In this document: in pieces, positions 60,615-64,000 of the stretch
Layout of the letters: each line of letters starts with the position of its first letter
Numbering within the stretch: position 1 is the first letter of the stretch
Origin: Barthelona sp. PCE
Lineage: Eukaryota
Length of the DNA stretch: 64,000 bases
NCBI GenBank assembly: GCA_040285745.1
Contig: JAUFOR010000003.1
Location: 1,054,001 to 1,118,000, forward strand
Direction of reading: 5' to 3'
Program-made: the position numbers and the translations under genes
Notes under the pieces: model-generated
The model's database searches: none
The model's input: the letters and a program-made list of their open reading frames with translations, nothing else
What the model was told of the DNA's origin: nothing

Positions 60615-63600
60615 TCACTGAAACTGTTTCATACGCTCTTGCACGTGTTCAAGGGTGAATTGTTGCACAGGAGCGACTTGACATTGTCCAAAGTGACTGC
60701 ACGCTGCTGATGGTGCTAGGCATGAGAAACAGAACTCATGAGTGCACGTGTGGCACCTCATGCTCTTACACCCTTCAATGTGCTCGAAAATAGTCAGGCA
60801 CTTCGGGCAGACGCGTATTGATGGCACATTCGAAATGTTGTTGAAGCGAATCGTCATCAGTGGGGCATGTCGAAGGCTGTTGTTAAGTTCATCAACATTT
60901 TTCTGACTCCACTGCTGCAGCTTCTGCGTGATAAAAAGTTTGAACTCGTTAGGGAGGATTCCACGGATGGCAAGTGGAAGACCATCACGAATACTTAAGA
61001 TGTTGTTGGGCAACCGCAATGTTGAGTCACAAAGTGCGACCGATGGAAGCATAGTGTCAACAGGTTGCATGATTACAGTGAATGAATGAAGCTCATGTGA
61101 GCCATTCATCCAGTAAACGAACTGGAGCATGTCGAGGGAGTTAAATCCTTGAAGCAGTTCCTTGAGAGTATCGCGTATATCAGAGGGAACATCATCTCTG
61201 AACGTGAAAGTGGAAAGTACTTGTTCAGCAGTGAAGCGGGGAGGTCCGCACATCAGAGCCTTGATCTCAGAGAAAGTAATGACGCCTAACTGCGCAGTAA
61301 GTTCATAAGCATTGAATGTGACATTCACCTTCCCGGACAGCTCGACCCAGGGTTCTGAAACCATTTTTCGTGCAAGCTGCAAAAATGCATCCATGTTCTC
61401 GGATGTGACTGGCTGATCTTCAACGCCGAAGAAGTTGAAGTTCAGGCCCTCGTGCTTCAACATGTTTAGATTGTAAGCTGAGTTGGTCGGAAACACTCTA
61501 TCAAAGACTGATTTTTCAGTAAGTTTGTCGAAATCTCCGCTAAGTGCATTAAGTATTTTTTGACCAACTTGTATATCGTCAACTGGCACTTGTAACACAA
61601 AGCAGCAGTACAAGAATCCACACATAGCCTGCACAAGGTCATCTGATGCTTCATAATCAAAGAAAGGTAATGATCGATGATCGAAAATGTGTTCCACGAA
61701 CTGAGGAATTGATAGCTGTTCCATACCATGCATTTTAATTGAAGCGCCGAAATAATCAGCACCACTCATGAACGTGTTGACATCTTTGAACACACGAATG
61801 AAAAATTCATCGAAAGTTTCATTTCTTTGAACAAATGATTTTAAACCTTCTTCACGATCATTATCACGTAAAAGCGCCTGCTTGGTGACAACGAACTGGT
61901 TGACCTGACGTCGGATGAGAGTGATACGATCTTGATCAGGTGCAATTGTGCGCCATTCATAGCAGCTGAGCTCATATATCGATGGTCTGAGTTTAGGATC
62001 TTGGGCTTGGCATCGTTGTATGATTTCAGAGTGAGTGCAGTCAGCTGGCAAAATCAAGTTAGTAATATCAGTTCTGTCATGTGCTAAAATATATGCAACA
62101 GTTTTACCAAGTGAAAATAAGTCACTTAGAAATGTTTGCGGTTGTCCAAATAACACTTCAGGGGCCATGTAACCGAAAGTTCCAGCCCCCATGGTTTGGC
62201 CACCCATGGTTTGGTTGATGGAGACACTGACACCAAAGTCGCACAATTTGAGTTTGGGATTGGATCCATCCTCATTACAGAAGACAAGGACGTTCTGGGG
62301 CTTGAGGTCGCGCAGAATGATACCAGTTGCATGCATCATGAACACAGACATTACGAGCTGATGAGCCATATCGTTTCTTGTCGAAACAGCAAGATACTGA
62401 AAATTGTTCAGGTATTGTTCAAGGTCGTAGGGCGCACGCTCAAGCTCGATGCAGACGAATTTCATTGACACTTCACCTCGTCTCATTTCTGGAACGAACA
62501 CCACGTTTTTGAGAGAAACAACACATGGGTGAAGCTTTGTTAGAACACGAAGCTCTCTTCGAAGTGCCTTAATGTTAAGGTTCAGACTTTCTTCTGATAA
62601 TCTTTGTGATACACATATACATTTGATAAACCGATCATTTTGCCTCAAAATTCCATTAGTCAAACCGAAATCTTCCAGACAACCATTCAAATAACTATCA
62701 AAATTAATGATTTTGGGCATGATTGGGAACATGATGGATGAAAGTTGTAGCTGCTCTAACGTTGCTGGCAATTCAACTGCAAAAGAAAACTCACAAATTA
62801 AATTATTCAACTTTCCGATACTTTCTTCAATAATATTCAACAAATTTCTCTTTGCATTCTCGAAAAGTACGGTTTCACATGCGACGATGTCCACACGATG
62901 ACGTTCTATTTGATCTCTTAACGAATAAAGCAAATCAAAATCTAAAGGATGAGGCTCTTCATTCTGGACCATTGCTTCTCTATATTCTGTGAATTGCTCG
63001 GATAACCCCGCTATCTGTCCAGCACTTTCAGTTAACGATGTATGTTTGTCAATAACCAACGTCATTGTGGAAATAACTTGAGAAGCTTGTGATGTTCCTT
63101 CAAAAAATGCGTTTGCACTGAAATAAGCATCAAAATAAGCATCTAAGTACTGCAATTCTTTGAACTTAGCTTCGTAAAGATGCATGTTTAATGCTCTGGT
63201 GACAGGGGATTCAATGCCTTCAAAAAGGGTTGAAAATGTTGAACTTAATGACTCATTGATTTGAAACTCAGCAATTATCCGCTCCATGTTGTGGATGTAA
63301 TTAATAACCAATCCCAACTCTTGAAGGTTTCTATCCAACTCTTCTGCTGGTGGATCAGAAGATAACCACTCAAAGAATCTTTCAGTTGGTATTTCAAGTA
63401 CTCGAATCTCATCAGCATATCCGTCAACCTGAGTTGTTAAATCATTGTACTGATTGTTTAAATCTGGGGAACGTTGGATTAAATCATCACGTAAAATGCA
63501 AAACATCTCAGTGTGAATAGCAAGCCTGAACCACAAATCATTATCTTCTGTTTGATCATCTGCAAGGATACCAAAATGTTCAAAGATCTTAATACGACCA

Positions 63601-64000
63601 AAACCATCGTCTGCACTCCATTCAAGCAGCATTTTTGTTCCATCTTGAAATGAGACGGTGAACAATGAGTCGGTTAGATTAGTAACATCAATAATCCCAT
63701 TAAGATGCATATACTTGGCCTCACTTTTTTGGAGTTGATTAATATGAAGAACTTTTGTATCAAAAAACAGCAAGTAACCATTTTCAACAGGATGAATGAT
63801 GTAGTTTGACTCATATTCTACTGCGTGTACATTAAAAATAAGAAAAAAAGAATGGATTGGATTCTTCAACAATATTAAGCTGTCCGCAAGTCTTTCAAAA
63901 ACCGTTCCTGGTCCTACAAAATCCTTACTTATGATTGCATCAAACCTAAAACACCCAATTTTAAAGACATATGCAATTTTTGGAAACGTGCAAAATAAAT
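60615..64000 (-). CDS. Ser/Thr kinase - HECT-like - RBR RING2(Rcat)-like fusion protein (5' end beyond right edge)
   Basis: Frame open to the window edge. Kinase: LRDLKPQN, CDFG, GTFGYMAPE. HECT: PVTSENMDAF, EIKALMCG, LPSVALCDSTLRLP. RING2: CPKC...EGCKSMRC..C.HEFCFSC. Confidence 0.85.
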   Translation of the reverse strand, partial: LFCTFPKIAYVFKIGCFRFDAIISKDFVGPGTVFERLADSLILLKNPIHSFFLIFNVHAVEYESNYIIHPVENGYLLFFDTKVLHINQLQKSEAKYMHLNGIIDVTNLTDSLFTVSFQDGTKMLLEWSADDGFGRIKIFEHFGILADDQTEDNDLWFRLAIHTEMFCILRDDLIQRSPDLNNQYNDLTTQVDGYADEIRVLEIPTERFFEWLSSDPPAEELDRNLQELGLVINYIHNMERIIAEFQINESLSSTFSTLFEGIESPVTRALNMHLYEAKFKELQYLDAYFDAYFSANAFFEGTSQASQVISTMTLVIDKHTSLTESAGQIAGLSEQFTEYREAMVQNEEPHPLDFDLLYSLRDQIERHRVDIVACETVLFENAKRNLLNIIEESIGKLNNLICEFSFAVELPATLEQLQLSSIMFPIMPKIINFDSYLNGCLEDFGLTNGILRQNDRFIKCICVSQRLSEESLNLNIKALRRELRVLTKLHPCVVSLKNVVFVPEMRRGEVSMKFVCIELERAPYDLEQYLNNFQYLAVSTRNDMAHQLVMSVFMMHATGIILRDLKPQNVLVFCNEDGSNPKLKLCDFGVSVSINQTMGGQTMGAGTFGYMAPEVLFGQPQTFLSDLFSLGKTVAYILAHDRTDITNLILPADCTHSEIIQRCQAQDPKLRPSIYELSCYEWRTIAPDQDRITLIRRQVNQFVVTKQALLRDNDREEGLKSFVQRNETFDEFFIRVFKDVNTFMSGADYFGASIKMHGMEQLSIPQFVEHIFDHRSLPFFDYEASDDLVQAMCGFLYCCFVLQVPVDDIQVGQKILNALSGDFDKLTEKSVFDRVFPTNSAYNLNMLKHEGLNFNFFGVEDQPVTSENMDAFLQLARKMVSEPWVELSGKVNVTFNAYELTAQLGVITFSEIKALMCGPPRFTAEQVLSTFTFRDDVPSDIRDTLKELLQGFNSLDMLQFVYWMNGSHELHSFTVIMQPVDTMLPSVALCDSTLRLPNNILSIRDGLPLAIRGILPNEFKLFITQKLQQWSQKNVDELNNSLRHAPLMTIRFNNISNVPSIRVCPKCLTIFEHIEGCKSMRCHTCTHEFCFSCLAPSAACSHFGQCQVAPVQQFTLEHVQERMKQFQ

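Noticed and set aside
63870-63872. TTG start of the kinase-HECT gene
   Set aside because: The frame stays open to position 64000, so the true start lies outside the window.
1-64000. Alternative genetic code or stop readthrough
   Set aside because: TAA, TAG and TGA all end conserved genes at expected positions; apparent interruptions are explained by introns.
1-64000. CRISPR arrays, transposons, tRNA/rRNA genes, telomeric repeats
   Set aside because: No repeat-spacer arrays, transposase or RT ORFs, terminal repeats or cloverleaf structures were seen.

Overview
Gene-dense, AT-rich eukaryotic (protist) nuclear DNA using the standard genetic code. It holds about 40 protein-coding genes separated by very short spacers (often 1-80 bp). 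I found no rRNA, tRNA, CRISPR array or mobile element. Recognisable genes include UBA1 (runs off the left edge), meckelin/TMEM67, CCDC137, CENP-S, an inositol 5-phosphatase, XMAP215, an APC7-like TPR protein, GINS Psf2, LTV1, COG8, ALG5, cystinosin, CFAP221, MAD1, endonuclease III, NudE, POLE2, prefoldin 6, CEP72-like, ASH2-like, RPL37 and GSK3, so the organism is a flagellated cell. Five spliceosomal introns missed by the ORF track share GTAT(G/A)N donors and a 12-nt fused branch point/acceptor. A recurrent (T/A)GTAAA sits at gene 3' ends. Both traits recall metamonads (Giardia, Trichomonas), but that assignment is inference. Main findings: (1) all four introns longer than the 43-nt minimal one fold into internal hairpins that shorten them toward about 30-50 nt; (2) a kinase + HECT + RBR-type RING2 fusion protein with two candidate catalytic cysteines at the right edge; (3) a tandem HD-HD nucleotidase; (4) candidate promoter and poly(A) motifs, a probable GUG-initiated gene and an unannotated 57-codon ORF. 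All identifications are by eye from sequence motifs; no searches were run.
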